Assembly: GCA_010015585.1 (NCBI GenBank)
Contig: ML975187.1
Length of the DNA: 49,193 nt
Direction: 5' to 3' (one strand)
Source: Eremomyces bilateralis CBS 781.70
Taxonomy: Eukaryota
The position numbers and the translations under genes were made by a program. Each line of letters starts with the position of its first letter. Positions within the stretch are counted from its first letter, which is position 1. Positions 34,815 to 46,705 of the stretch are shown one piece after another. The notes beneath the pieces were generated by a model that saw only the letters and a program-made list of their open reading frames with translations, was not told the DNA's origin and did not search any database.

Positions 34815-35479
34815 GTTGGAGGACCAGGTTGGGACGATCGCAAACCAGTGTCAAACACACTACAGACATAGTATCAAGAGTGCTCATCCATTTTATAGAG
34901 GGCATGTAAAGTGCTTGAAGCCAAGCCTTATCTGCAAGGCTTCAGAGCTGAAGGCTAATATGAGGAGACTCATAAGGCTGGAGATATGGTTGGCAAATAA
35001 CCCTAGCCTTTACGGTTGTGATGAATTCAGGTTTGCTCCTTTTGGTTGGCAGAACATACCGGATTGGAGCAGATAACTGCTTGATGCTGGACTGATCACA
35101 TCCGGCCTGTTGACAGGTTGGTTATGGCCCTGAATTCAGCAGCGCGTCAGTAGACCTAACTGCTGCAACAAGAGCCATAGAACTCTAGAAATATAGAAAC
35201 ATCAGTCGGGGATTATTTAGTATGGTAATTATGGTGGTTGATTTGGCAGTTTGTAGCTAACCCCCGGGGAGTAATGAACAGTCCCATCAGGGAGATGCTG
35301 CATGGAATCCGGATATCGACTCTCCCTGACTTGCCATTCCTTTTTCTCTTTCCTTTTTACAATTTTTTCGACTTTATGCTATTAGTATTTTCTCTAATAA
35401 TGCCTATAAAGGTGCTCAAATGAATCAACCTTTTCAATCCCAAGCTTTAGTTGCCTCAACAGCACTGATATGACTGTCG

Positions 35480-35985
35480 TTCAAACTTCACAAGGCTGAA
35501 ATGCTTTATGGTAGCCAATAGGAAGCTTTGAAGACAACCTTGAGCGGGTTCCAAGATTGATCCGAACCAGAAACATCATTTGACTTTCCCCTGCTCGAAA
35601 CAACTTCCATTGTATTCCAATCGTTCATGCGCCGGATAGCTGCATATAAATGAAGGCATTTCATTCGATGTCTCCTCACCGGTCCGCATAGTCCCGCATC
35701 TTGTGCAACAATATGCATGGAATGATACAGCCTTTCTGCCATAGGTCAGATGAGTCCTGTCGTACTACCACGTGGTTAGGCAGAAATTATATGCCTCAGC
35801 CGAAATGGAGATCCATTGTGATCGAATCCGATGATTTTGCTCCTAGGCGGACGTGTTTTGAACCCGGCTTTGTTCACTCAATCAAAATAAGCTCCGAACA
35901 TTGCACAGTATTGAAACGGCAAACGATAGCTGTCTATGGGTACGTACCGAATTCTTGTCGACTACCTACACCTGAATATGAAAGG
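35480..35985 (+). pseudogene. Possible degraded BTB/POZ-domain gene relic
   Basis: One frame reads FKLHKAEMLYGSQ*EALKTTLSGFQD*SEPETSFDFPLLETTSIVFQSFMRRI, echoing the fungal BTB pattern F.lHK..L...S..F...L.g.F.E.....l......F..F; in-frame stops; RILVDY downstream. Confidence 0.25.
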
Positions 35986-38346
35986 TGACGAAGTCTTTGC
36001 AAATTCTCTGTGCAGCAAGTTATTTTTTCAATATGCTCTTGGAGTATTGTCTGAGCATATGAATTGCCGTCGGTCTCCTTCAGTTCGTGTATTGGGACTG
36101 CTGGGACATCTCAAATTTCTCTCTCTGCCGTTTTGATAGCAATGATTTTCTACAAGATCAGTAATCGGATTGTATTCCCTACCGCCTGAATGTGTTATCA
36201 GAGGCAGCAGCTTGGCCCTCCACTATGTATATCTTATACGCTCATGTTGAACGTACCGATAAAAGTAACTCATGGAGTCTCTCCTCAGGTAGCTTAGAAG
36301 AAAAGGACTATACTGTAGAGTTTCCATACGAGTTGCAATGTTTGTGCCAGTCACCGTCCGAGTCATTTACGAATATAATATCAAAAGCTCTCTCGGACAA
36401 ACAACTTCGATACCGGTTGGAATAAAATGTACTCAAAACATCCACGCTGAAGAATCAGCATTTTGGATGACTAGCCATATCAACTGTCAGGAACACAATG
36501 CCTGCTTCATCTTGAACGACCTGGGTCCATATTCGATGTTCGAAATGTTTGCAAAACGGCAGCCTAGTATCCTGTTTCCTGTGCTCTAGAATCGGATGGC
36601 AAGCAAGATACAGCAGTCACAAGAGATCTTGCAGTAACCATAAAAGGAGACAGTGCGGCAATGAAGACTGTCCTATATCATCTTCATTTTCTTACCTAGG
36701 ACATTCGTTAGCACTCTGTTTTCCACACCTGCATTGATTTTAGCGGCCCGGAGAAAGTCGCGCCGGGGGCCGCTTATGTAGGTTCGGTTACTATGTTTAC
36801 GCTCGTCGCCTTGGTTTGCTTGTATTTATTTATTAGAAAGCAAAGATAAGTCCTAGCCGGGACTGCTGTCATTTCCTCGTTCTCGACGTCCAAAGGTGTC
36901 GGTTCATACCTGGTTGAGGCGAGGTGTGGAGATAGAAAAACAAGCTAACGGAAACGACGAGGTGGACACTAAACAGATTGCACCTGAAGACGAGGAATGT
37001 ATCCATATTGGCGATGAGGAGGAATAGGAGATGTAAGAAGTTCAAATAGCAACCTGGGGCCGAGAACTAGGAGACTTCTGCTTCAGAGCAGGCAACGACC
37101 AGCGCGGGCACTTGTTGAACAATGGACAGGTTGGGGATACTATCGTTCAGCTTCCGATCATTTCATTGCATATCAGCAAATCCATACTCCGTACTCCGGA
37201 TCATCTTTGGTGAGGACATTCCATGGCGGGAGTCGAGTGTTATGGAGTGGGCTTTCAAGACTTCTGAGCCTTGAGGACTGAAGTCGTCAATGGGACAGGG
37301 ATACTTCCGAGTAATGGGGGGAGGATCCTGCGGCCAGGGTAACAGGTTGTGTAACATCGTCGCTTTTGTTTCTTTTGAATAATATGAACCAATGTCGGAT
37401 GAGGAGTTTGAAACCTGATTCGCAAATTCCGGGCAGGTGGGCCTGAAGGGGTGACTCCTTGAAATTTAACTATTATTCGAGTCCTTGATATTTCGATTCT
37501 ATGTGTGGGAACGATCTCCCCTAAGCTTCAAGGGCTCCACCCGGCCCCAGCCAAAATATAGTTCACCAGGAGATAGATATGACTAGGACCAATCACAGAG
37601 CATCCGAAGTCGCGATCGAATCGCTGGATTCAACGTCAGTCGTGAGTCGTCAAGTCTTTGACCTCCAATCCTTCCATCTTCTCCACCAACCATGAATCCA
37701 TGTCGTGTGCAGTGTCATCCATGTACATCACTACCTTACCTAGGTGCCGGTATCTCCTCCGTATCGCGACTCGCTGACCATTTGCATTACAGTTGAATCC
37801 CAGAGAGAATCCTGGAGAGGCGTGTTTGGAGTCCGGAGTGTCCAATTCCATGTCAAGAACCATCCGATCAGCTCCAGGTTTACCAAGTCCGGTCCCTCGA
37901 TGCCGGATGGAGTGTGTACTACATCAAGAGCTGGAACAACTGCTGAACCACAGTCTCCCGAAAGTCATTGGACGATTGGACGGAAAGGCGTTGATAGCCG
38001 TTGATGGCTGAACGCTAAGGTCGGCTGCTATCATGGCGCTGCCTCATGCCTGTGTTCCCTTTCAATCCCTCCACCCTAATCGGATCAACCCCGCTACCTC
38101 AACCCATCAAACAACTTACAACCGTCACACACATTCGTGCCCAATGTGCGGGTGTGTCTCCGCCTGTCCTCTTGTCACCTGCGTCGTTCTCGTATTGTAG
38201 CCAAACTCTCCTCCAACTATTGTCATTTATCGATGATCATCACTCATTCTCCTGGATATCGTTGGTATTCCTGAAGCGACTAGCAACCCGTGAAATTTAT
38301 AATCTATGCCGCCTGATCACGGTTATCAGCTTCTGCTACACTCCGT

Positions 38347-41082
38347 ATGGCAGCAACTGTTACGATCCCTTCACCTTCTTTATGCTTAGATTCGGCTGCA
38401 GGCACCTCATCGCCTGCGATTGTTTCCCTAGACCACCACAACCCCCAGGACTCGGCGCTGTTGAAGCGCAAGAATGAAGGCGACTCGACCGCTACGAAGC
38501 GTCGCTCGCTGGCCATGGAGACGATCCCTGCGACGAAACCGGAGGGCGTGTCGAAGCGGAAACAGAGCAAGAGCAGGAACGGTCAGTTTGTTTGCCTTAT
38601 CGCGTTGCGTCAATTGCAGCTCGATTGCAATTCGAGCATATGGGAACGAGCTCATTGATGTGGTTACCGTATAGGCTGTATCACTTGCAAAGCAAAACGA
38701 TTGAAGTGCGATGAGACCAAGCCAACCTGCCAGCAGTGCGCTAAAAGGAACGTCTCATGTGGTGGATATAAGAAAGATTTCAAATGGAGACCTTTCGAGG
38801 AAGGGAGTTTCGCATCTAAGCAGTATACTCCGCGAGCAAGGAAAGGTATTAAAGCTTACTTGGAATGGTGTCATGGCAAGAAAACTAACATCGAGTGCAG
38901 TCGAGTCTTCGCCACTGAGCGCATCTAGGCAACAGAAAGTCAAGTCTTCTCCGCCTTTAGCAGAAGCGAAGCCTGTTGAAACGAAGAGCATTCCGACCTT
39001 GCCCCCTACTTCCACTGCCTCTATCGATTTACCGTTTCCTAATGTTGAGGATTTTGTGGCGTCAGTAACACGCGATGCAGAGATTTTGACTGTTAAATCC
39101 GAAGACATTCCGGATACTAAGAGCTTCCTAGACCTCCCAGAGATGCTTGATGAAGACCAGATGGATTCATTCCAGCATATTACTAGCGGCGAGACTGATT
39201 CGAGTTTGGCAACCGCGGCGACTCGAGACCAAATGCCTTGCGGGCTGTTTGATATTGTCAACGCAGACCTATGTGTCTCATTACATGATGACTCCGGGTT
39301 CCTAGACGAAATGCATGATTTTATCGACCCGAGACTCACCAGCGGTGCTTTGCTCCATCCCGAACTTCCAGACAATGGGAACGAAAATGTGGAGGAGGTC
39401 GTCCGCCATGACATGATGGATCAGTCCTTGACTCGGCTCGATACCGCATCGTCCTCTAGTGGGTCATCCATCTCAATGGATCTCTTCATGCAATTCCTTG
39501 TCGAGCCGCGATTCTCGCTTGAGAGCCAAGAGATGATCGCTTTACGCTTTGATCGAGATACATGCGGCGTCTTATCGGTAAAAGATGGTCCAACGGAGAA
39601 TCCATGGCGAACACTCATCTGGCCTCTTGCTCACCATTCATCGGCACTATACCACGCATTAGCATCGATGACCGCATTCCACACCTCGGCTGTGGAGAAG
39701 AAATATCGATATCAAGGCCTGCAGCATATGCGCATGAGTCTCAGCGACCTAGCTAACAGCATCGCGAAGATTCCCACAGAGACCGCGATTGCTACAACGC
39801 TGGTGTTGGCATTCGCTGAGAGCTGGGACACTCACACCTCGACAGGTATCAACCACATCCGCGGCGCAAAAATCCTCATCGACAATGCCCTTGCCGAACA
39901 CCGCGCCCACCCGCTCGACCCCTCCAGTGCCTCCTTCCAGCGCCTCAAATTCCTCTGCAGCACCTGGGTGTACATGAACGTACTCGCGGGCCTGACCACT
40001 GACCAGAACACCCCCACGGCGTCCAACACCCTCATAACCTCCAGCTTCGATACCCACGGCTTCCCCCCCTGCAACCGCCCCTCCACCCCCACCGCCGAGG
40101 ACTTCAACGACGCCGAGAAGTTCATCCTCTCCACCTCCTCTCCCCCCTTATCCGCCGGCTCCGATGTCTCCCTCGACCCCCTCATGGGCTGCGCCTCCAA
40201 CCTCTTCCCCCTCATCGGCCGCATCGTTGCCCTCGTCCGCGAGGTCCGCAGCTCCCCGAACCCCCCATCCGGCCGCTACTCCAACTCGCCCCGCATCATC
40301 TCCGCAGCGGTCGACCTCCGCGCTGCGCTGAAGCAGTGGGTCCCGCCCTCGTTCTTTGAGACCCCCGAGGACCCCACCAGCCGCATCCAGCACAGCCTGC
40401 AGACCGCAGAGGCGTACCGCATCGCGACGCTGCTGCACCTCCACCGCGCGGTGCCGGAGATCCCCGCGCCGCCGGCGCTCGCGCTGGCGAAGAAGATCCT
40501 GGAGCTGCTGGCGACGGTGCCGTTGGGGAGCCGGGCGGTGGTGGTGCAGATCTTCCCGCTTATGGCGGCGGGGGCGGAGGTGAAGGATACGGAGGACCGG
40601 GATTGGGTGGCGGCGCGGTGGCAGGCGATGTGGGGGCGGATGCGGCTGGGGATTTTGGAGCGGAGCTTGGAGGTGTGTCGGGAGGTGTGGGCGCGGCGAG
40701 ACGAGGTGGAGTCGCGGAAGGGGGAAGGGGAGGGAGGGAGGTTGGGGAGGGTGGTGCAGGATGTGAGGGGAGGTTGGTGTGTAGAGGAGCCGGATGGGGA
40801 TGTGTTTGGGTATGAGGAGATGGGGGTGTCGGGGCTGACGATGACGAATTTGGCGGAGATTGAGGAACAGGGGATGCGGATGGGGAGGGGAGGGCTTGAG
40901 GGGGGAAAGAGGGGCCCCAGTAATGAGGGTTGGGATGATGGGAGGACAGATCCGGAATATAGCGTTCGTGGATCGCTGCATTGGTTAGGGGTAATGAAAG
41001 ATTGGAACTGGGAAGGTCAGTACATCTGCATGGTTCTTTGTTCATGTTTGTCACTAACCGGTCGACAGTATTGCTTGGTTGA
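38347..41082 (+). CDS. Zn(II)2Cys6 transcription factor with fungal-specific TF domain, ACR-2-like
   Basis: KSRNG|CITCKAKRLKCDETKPTCQQCAKRNVSCGGY; DGPTENPWRTLIWP, HIRGA, DPLMGCA; introns 38582-38674, 38846-38900 and 41016-41068. Confidence 0.9.
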
Positions 41083-41765
41083 TATCAAGACTAACGAAAA
41101 TCTACACGACGTTACGAGTATTGTCCAGTAGGCTCCATGCCGGCTCTTGTCATGACCTCGCAAGGTGTCTGGAGTATCTTAATCGCTCAACTATGAGCGC
41201 CTAGCAACTTTGGCTAGGGTTAGAAAATTGTGATTAATAACTATGGATAGACCTATTAAGGTCCAACGGGTTTTAGAATATCAGAAGCAGCTAAGGTTCG
41301 TTTAAGGTTGAACAGATAGAGAATCTACGATGATATATCGTCTCTACGAATATAATAATCAGGAAGCATGATATTGCTTTTGAGTATTAGAATTCATTAA
41401 CCTAAATATCCAGGCCACTTTCGTCGCTCCGGTTCTCCTATAGATCTGTACAAGCTGTCTCTCCCAGCTGTCCATGCGTTCGTAAGATAAGAACGCTGAT
41501 GAGTGTACCTTAACACTATACCATCCTATCTCGTCCATGCATCGATCTTGGCGTGTCAGCTTGCTCCAAAGAGAGGACAAGCTTGATCAGCCGCAGAATC
41601 GTCGGACATCAGGGCGAGTCTCCGCTGCCAGTTGCCTTTCTTCCGCGTTCTGAACCGACGAAGGTCGCATATTGGACGGGTAGCCCTCAGGGGTTGCTCC
41701 ACCAGCACTGCATCTACCGACGTTCCTGGTCGCCTCTCCATCTTCCGAACGCCATCCAAGGGTAT

Positions 41766-42306
41766 TCACTTCCCCAAGTCCTTCTCCACCATCCCCGCCG
41801 TCACCACCTTCACCTCCTCCAGCGGCCGATCCTCCTTGTCCGTACGCACCAGCCCCATCCGCTGCACGATCCGCATGCCGCCCTTTACCCGCCCGAAAAT
41901 CGTATGCTTCCCATCGAGCCACGGCGTCGGCGCCAGCGTGATGAAGAACTGGCTTCCGTTCGTGTTCGGCCCGCTGTTCGCCATGCTCAGGATGCCCGCG
42001 CCCGTGTGCTTGAGCGACGGGGAGATCTCGTCATCGAAGGTGTCGCCGTAGATGGAGCGGCCGCCGCGGCCGGTGCCGGTGGGGTCGCCGCCTTGGATCA
42101 TGAAGTCGGGGATGATGCGGTGGAAGACAACGTTGTTGTAGTAGCCGCGTTTGGAGAGCTCGAGGAAGTTCTTGCAGGTTTTCGGGGCGTGCGCGGTGTA
42201 GAGTTCGATGGTGACGGTGCCCTAGATTCGAAGATTAGAAGATATCGTGATCGAAGCGGACAGGGCGGGGTACCATCGACGTTTCTAAATAGACCTCAGA
42301 AGCCAT
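41766..42306 (-). CDS. CYP1: Cyclophilin-type peptidyl-prolyl isomerase-like 1 (PPIL1, spliceosomal)
   Basis: [75 protein letters not shown]; intron 42222-42273. Confidence 0.93.
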
Positions 42307-42783
42307 GATTCTCTACAATATTCCCGAGTAACGGAATCGAAATTGATGGTTAGAGGGTCTTGCAAGCTTTCCTGAAGCTTTCAATCAAGTGATGATGATG
42401 AAGTTGGTGGAACGAAGGGTCGAAAGTGCGGGACAATCTTCAATCCTATTACATATTAGTGGAGTGCTCCGCTCTAAACATTCGAATCGGCAATCCATTT
42501 GTCGTGCTCGGGCAGCTCGTAAGACTTTAAAATGGGTTACCGAGTACGCTTCTAGGAAGAGGATAATTGATTTCTTGGTGAATGCTGCATCTAGCAGTAT
42601 AGTCAATCAAAGTTCAGAACCTTTAATTAGGGGTCAAAGTTTAGATCGTATTGGCTGGGGATCAAGGTATCCATATTGGTTATGGTAGTATGTATACTCC
42701 CCAGTCCCCACAAAGTCATATCCCCTAGTAATCAGAATCCAGTAAGACGAGCAAAGTTTCCATGGATAAATTGCAAGACAGTC

Positions 42784-45109
42784 CTATACAATGCGAAGGA
42801 TTTGTGACTCTGCACCGTCGAAACTTGCCGTATTATAAATCTCAAAGAAACCAATCCGGCGAAAGACTTCTCCCTTACAAGGCACCAGGACCAGGCCCTC
42901 CACATTGTGTCTCTTTCGCCTTGATATTGTCTCAACGCTGATAGCCAGACAATATATTCTTGGCTCTCTAACGGGCTCCAGTGCATCCCAAATACCCTCG
43001 CCGTAGATGTAGGGTTGCTCCTGGGACTGGGGATCAAGTAGGTGGAAATCCGTCAAGTCCCATTCCGCGGACTCGCACCACCTGCACTCCAAGACCAAAC
43101 CTTTAACCGTGAGGACTCCTGATTCGATCGGTTCGAAATTGAATCTTGACGGTTGAGATACCCCAGTGTATGTTACGACGCAAGAAACCACCTCGAAATG
43201 AAACGACTCCTGGGGTACTTCGTCGTCGGTGCTTACGACCTGCCCGTCGACAGAAGCCCAGCTCCAGGATGGTGCTCGATATTTAGCGGGTCGTGGTAGT
43301 AGTAGGTTCCCCGGGCCTTCTGTTCCTGGAAGTTTGGATGAGCTCTGCGCCTCAGGGCTCCGTTGCCACTGAAGGTCGAGGATCAGATATTCCTTCCAAA
43401 GACCAGCGAGATATGTCCACCCATTGGCCTTTGAGAGCTGGAGGGCAATGGCAGAGATTGCAACGAGCTTATCGTTTGGATTAGTCATTTTACGACTCGT
43501 ATACTCTGCTCTAATGTCCAGCCAACATTGACGAGCGGAGTCATCTGCTACAGGACCGTCGTCCGAGGCGGGAGCGTGATTGAAAAGGAACAGTGGAAAC
43601 ATTGTAGGTGCATCAGGGGGACCGTTGGGATTTTCTTCGCATGCTTTGCATTTCCACTTCAGCCCGTCATGCGCATAGATAAGACAACGGGGGGATAAGA
43701 TCCGCTCTTGCAACGTCCACGCCCTGGAATTGATCGGGTCCCTGGATGGTTTATAGTAGGATCGATATCCCAAGATGAGAGAGTCATCCAAAAGACCTAG
43801 AGGAATCTTGAATGGTTCAATGAAGTAGCCAAGGTCATCTGGGTTCTTAAAAATCCCATCAGTCGCAGCGGAAGAGTTCGCAGCGACTATGGTTAATGCA
43901 CTGCCAGCATAGATTTGATCCATTCTTGAGATCTCACCAAGTTTTCCAGCGCCGGAGTCTTGTATGATGCATAATGCATCTACCCAAAGGTACGAGTACC
44001 CTAGTCGTAGAGTCACCTTAATTCCATCCGCAATGGTCTTCGGGAGTAAGGAGATGTCCAGACCGATCAACTTGTCCTTCAGCGTGTCCTGTGTTAGGGC
44101 ATAGGGTTGATCTTTGCCCCAAACGTAGCTGAGAGTCGCATAGACTACTGGATTCTGTTGAGATACTGACTTACGATACACTAATCGAGGTGCCAAAGGG
44201 TCGGTCAAATCGATAAGCATAGTAGGAATCGTAGATAGGGATTCGTTACGATCAGCGACGCCGAGGGAGCAGGCTGAATGATGGGAACAGTTCGCAAGCC
44301 AGGATTTAGCAAGTTGAAACCATTGATGCGACTCCAGGCTCAGGTTGATTCCAGATAATCCACCGTGACTAGAACAATTGTTGGCTACCGCTGTGTCAGT
44401 AGTAGGTAATTTCATGGAGGACGCACTTACCAGTTACCAAGCTCGTCTCAAAGGTCAATCTAATCGATGTATCACCCTTCATTTCCGATAACCTCTTGTT
44501 TTTACACATATCCGCACCGTTCCATGATAGTTCGGTCTTTGCTGCAAGAACCCCAAGCACGAACTCCTCACTAGTTGGACTCAATGAGATCGCAACACTC
44601 ATATGACCATCAAAACGTGCGAAGTCAGACAGGGACAGTGTTAGATCATCCTGATCTTGACTAGCTAGGTCTAACTCAAGATCGTCCTCCCCTTGGTCCA
44701 TGGTCCCCAGGCTGTTCTCGTGTACATCGCTTTGGTCGACCTCAACCTCTTCGATTGGTGCATCTTCATCGCCCTCATCAAGCATACTACTGCCATCAGA
44801 GTGGCTCCCATCCCACTGCTCATACCAATAATCCAGATGTGCTGCGGACAGCACCCCTCGGACCAAGCCGGTACACCACATGCACCCTTCCAGTACCGAT
44901 TGGTGAAATTCGTTCGTTTGTCTTGAGTAGGCGAACGTTCCCAAATCCTTCTCTTTCTCAGGTCGTAGTTCGTAGCGAGATGCGGCTGAAAAGACGTTGC
45001 TTTGGCAGAATTGGCAGATATTTGGCTTATCATCACCAGCCTCGTCCTTCTCCGGTGGAGGAATATCGACATGGTTGGGCGGCACGTACGTTCCGTGACG
45101 AGATAACAT
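42784..45109 (-). CDS. HET-domain (heterokaryon incompatibility) protein with N-terminal CxxC pairs
   Basis: YATLSYVWG, LPKTIADGIKVT, YLWVDALCIIQD, MDQIYAGSALTIVA, RAWTLQERILS, YLAGLW, APSWSWAS; N-terminal CQFC..CMWC; intron 44391-44430 (GTAAGT..ACTGAC..CAG). Confidence 0.9.
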
Positions 45110-45233
45110 TATGGATATCCTCACATTTGAATTTCATAGCGGGGAAAGGACCAATTCAGCCTGAAGCCTGAACCGGTCCCTGGTATGGAGCGCTGTTGCT
45201 GCGAATCGTATTATGACCGGATCTGATGTCAAA

Positions 45234-45758
45234 TGTAACCAACTAAGCTAAATCCCCAAAAAGGGACGCCCCTACTAGGAGGCTAGTAGAAGGGCAGATA
45301 TAGCTAAGGTAATTTTCCTGTNNNNNNNNNNNNNNNNNNNNNNNNNNNNNNNNNNNNNNNNNNNNNNNNNNNNNNNNNNNNNNNNNNNNNNNNNNNNNNN
45401 NNNNNNNNNNNNNNNNNNNNNNNNNNNNNNNNNNNNNNNNNNNNNNNNNNNNNNNNNNNNNNNNNNNNNNNNNNNNNNNNNNNNNNNNNNNNNNNNNNNN
45501 NNNNNNNNNNNNNNNNNNNNNNNNNNNNNNNNNNNNNNNNNNNNNNNNNNNNNNNNNNNNNNNNNNNNNNNNNNNNNNNNNNNNNNNNNNNNNNNNNNNN
45601 NNNNNNNNNNNNNNNNNNNNNNNNNNNNNNNNNNNNATGTAACCAACTAAGCTAAATCCCCAAAAAGGGACGCCCCTACTAGGAGGCTAGTAGAAGGGCA
45701 GATATAGCTAAGGTAATTTTCCTGTGACATCTGAAATCTCGGGCTCCCGCTCGTTACA
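45234..45758. repeat. Duplicated LTR-like sequence flanking an assembly gap; complete copy 45638-45758 bounded by TGTAAC...GTTACA
   Basis: 45234-45321 is identical to 45638-45725; the 121-bp copy has TG..CA ends with a 6-bp terminal inverted repeat; no target-site duplication seen. Confidence 0.5.
45322..45636. other. Assembly gap (run of N)
   Basis: Run of N in the sequence. Confidence 1.
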
Positions 45759-46705
45759 TAAGCACATTACGATACTTTTCGACGCAGCTAGACCTCTCAA
45801 GGCGGTGGTAAAGAAGGGGCAGTAAAAGCCTAAGTGATAATTAATGGGACGCAGATGTGATAAATCATAAAACAGCAGTTGTTTACCAGCCGGCGCGGAA
45901 TGGGGCTAGCCGTTTCCTACCAGAATGTCACGGATAGGAAAAAGGCAAATGCCGTAAAGCAGAGATATCCTTTGAACCTGATCTCTGACACTGTCATAGT
46001 CTTGGGCTGTCGGCCCAGACTGTAGATAGTTGGCCTTGAGGCCTGAGGCATCCTCACGATGGCTGGTGACTCACTGGTGAGATATTTTGTCGGAACTCCG
46101 CGGCTATTACTTAGTCACCGCACCTTGTAGATTACATAAGATTACATAAGCCTGGGTATATATACCCGTCAAGGTAAACTATGTACTTCTGACCGAATAC
46201 AAGCATCTCACTGCCTCTGAACAGGTATCCTGTTGTTTCCGTGATTGATTGACACGCCAAAACGATCAACACTGCCGCATTCTAACTAATCCTAGCAGAC
46301 CCAGAATCCCCTAACTACGTACAGAAATAGGAACGCCGTCGCAAATTAAACTTAGCCAGGGTTGGTGCTATACAGAACTGCAAGTCCCACATTGACATCT
46401 GAGTACTGATTACTGAGTAGAGACCTGTCAAGTAGCCTGCATTTTCCCCAGGGCAGCAATTATGCTTTGATACTTCAAATCGGCTGCAGGAGAGATGATT
46501 GACAGTTAGAAAAACGTGCCGACTCTTGATTCGACGCCATGTGATAGCGGCAGCCTTGTTCTTTTTTGACCGACTAGCCAGTCGAACTGTGAATCCGGCC
46601 GGGGCAAGGCGCAGAGCGCAACCTCATCCTGAAGCTTAATGGCATTTCTCCGCCTCTTATGGCGACAACCAAGCCAACCTCCACATCGCTATTCAAATCA
46701 CCCCC

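Noticed and set aside
45275..45646. ORF spanning the N run
   Set aside because: Artefact of the assembly gap.
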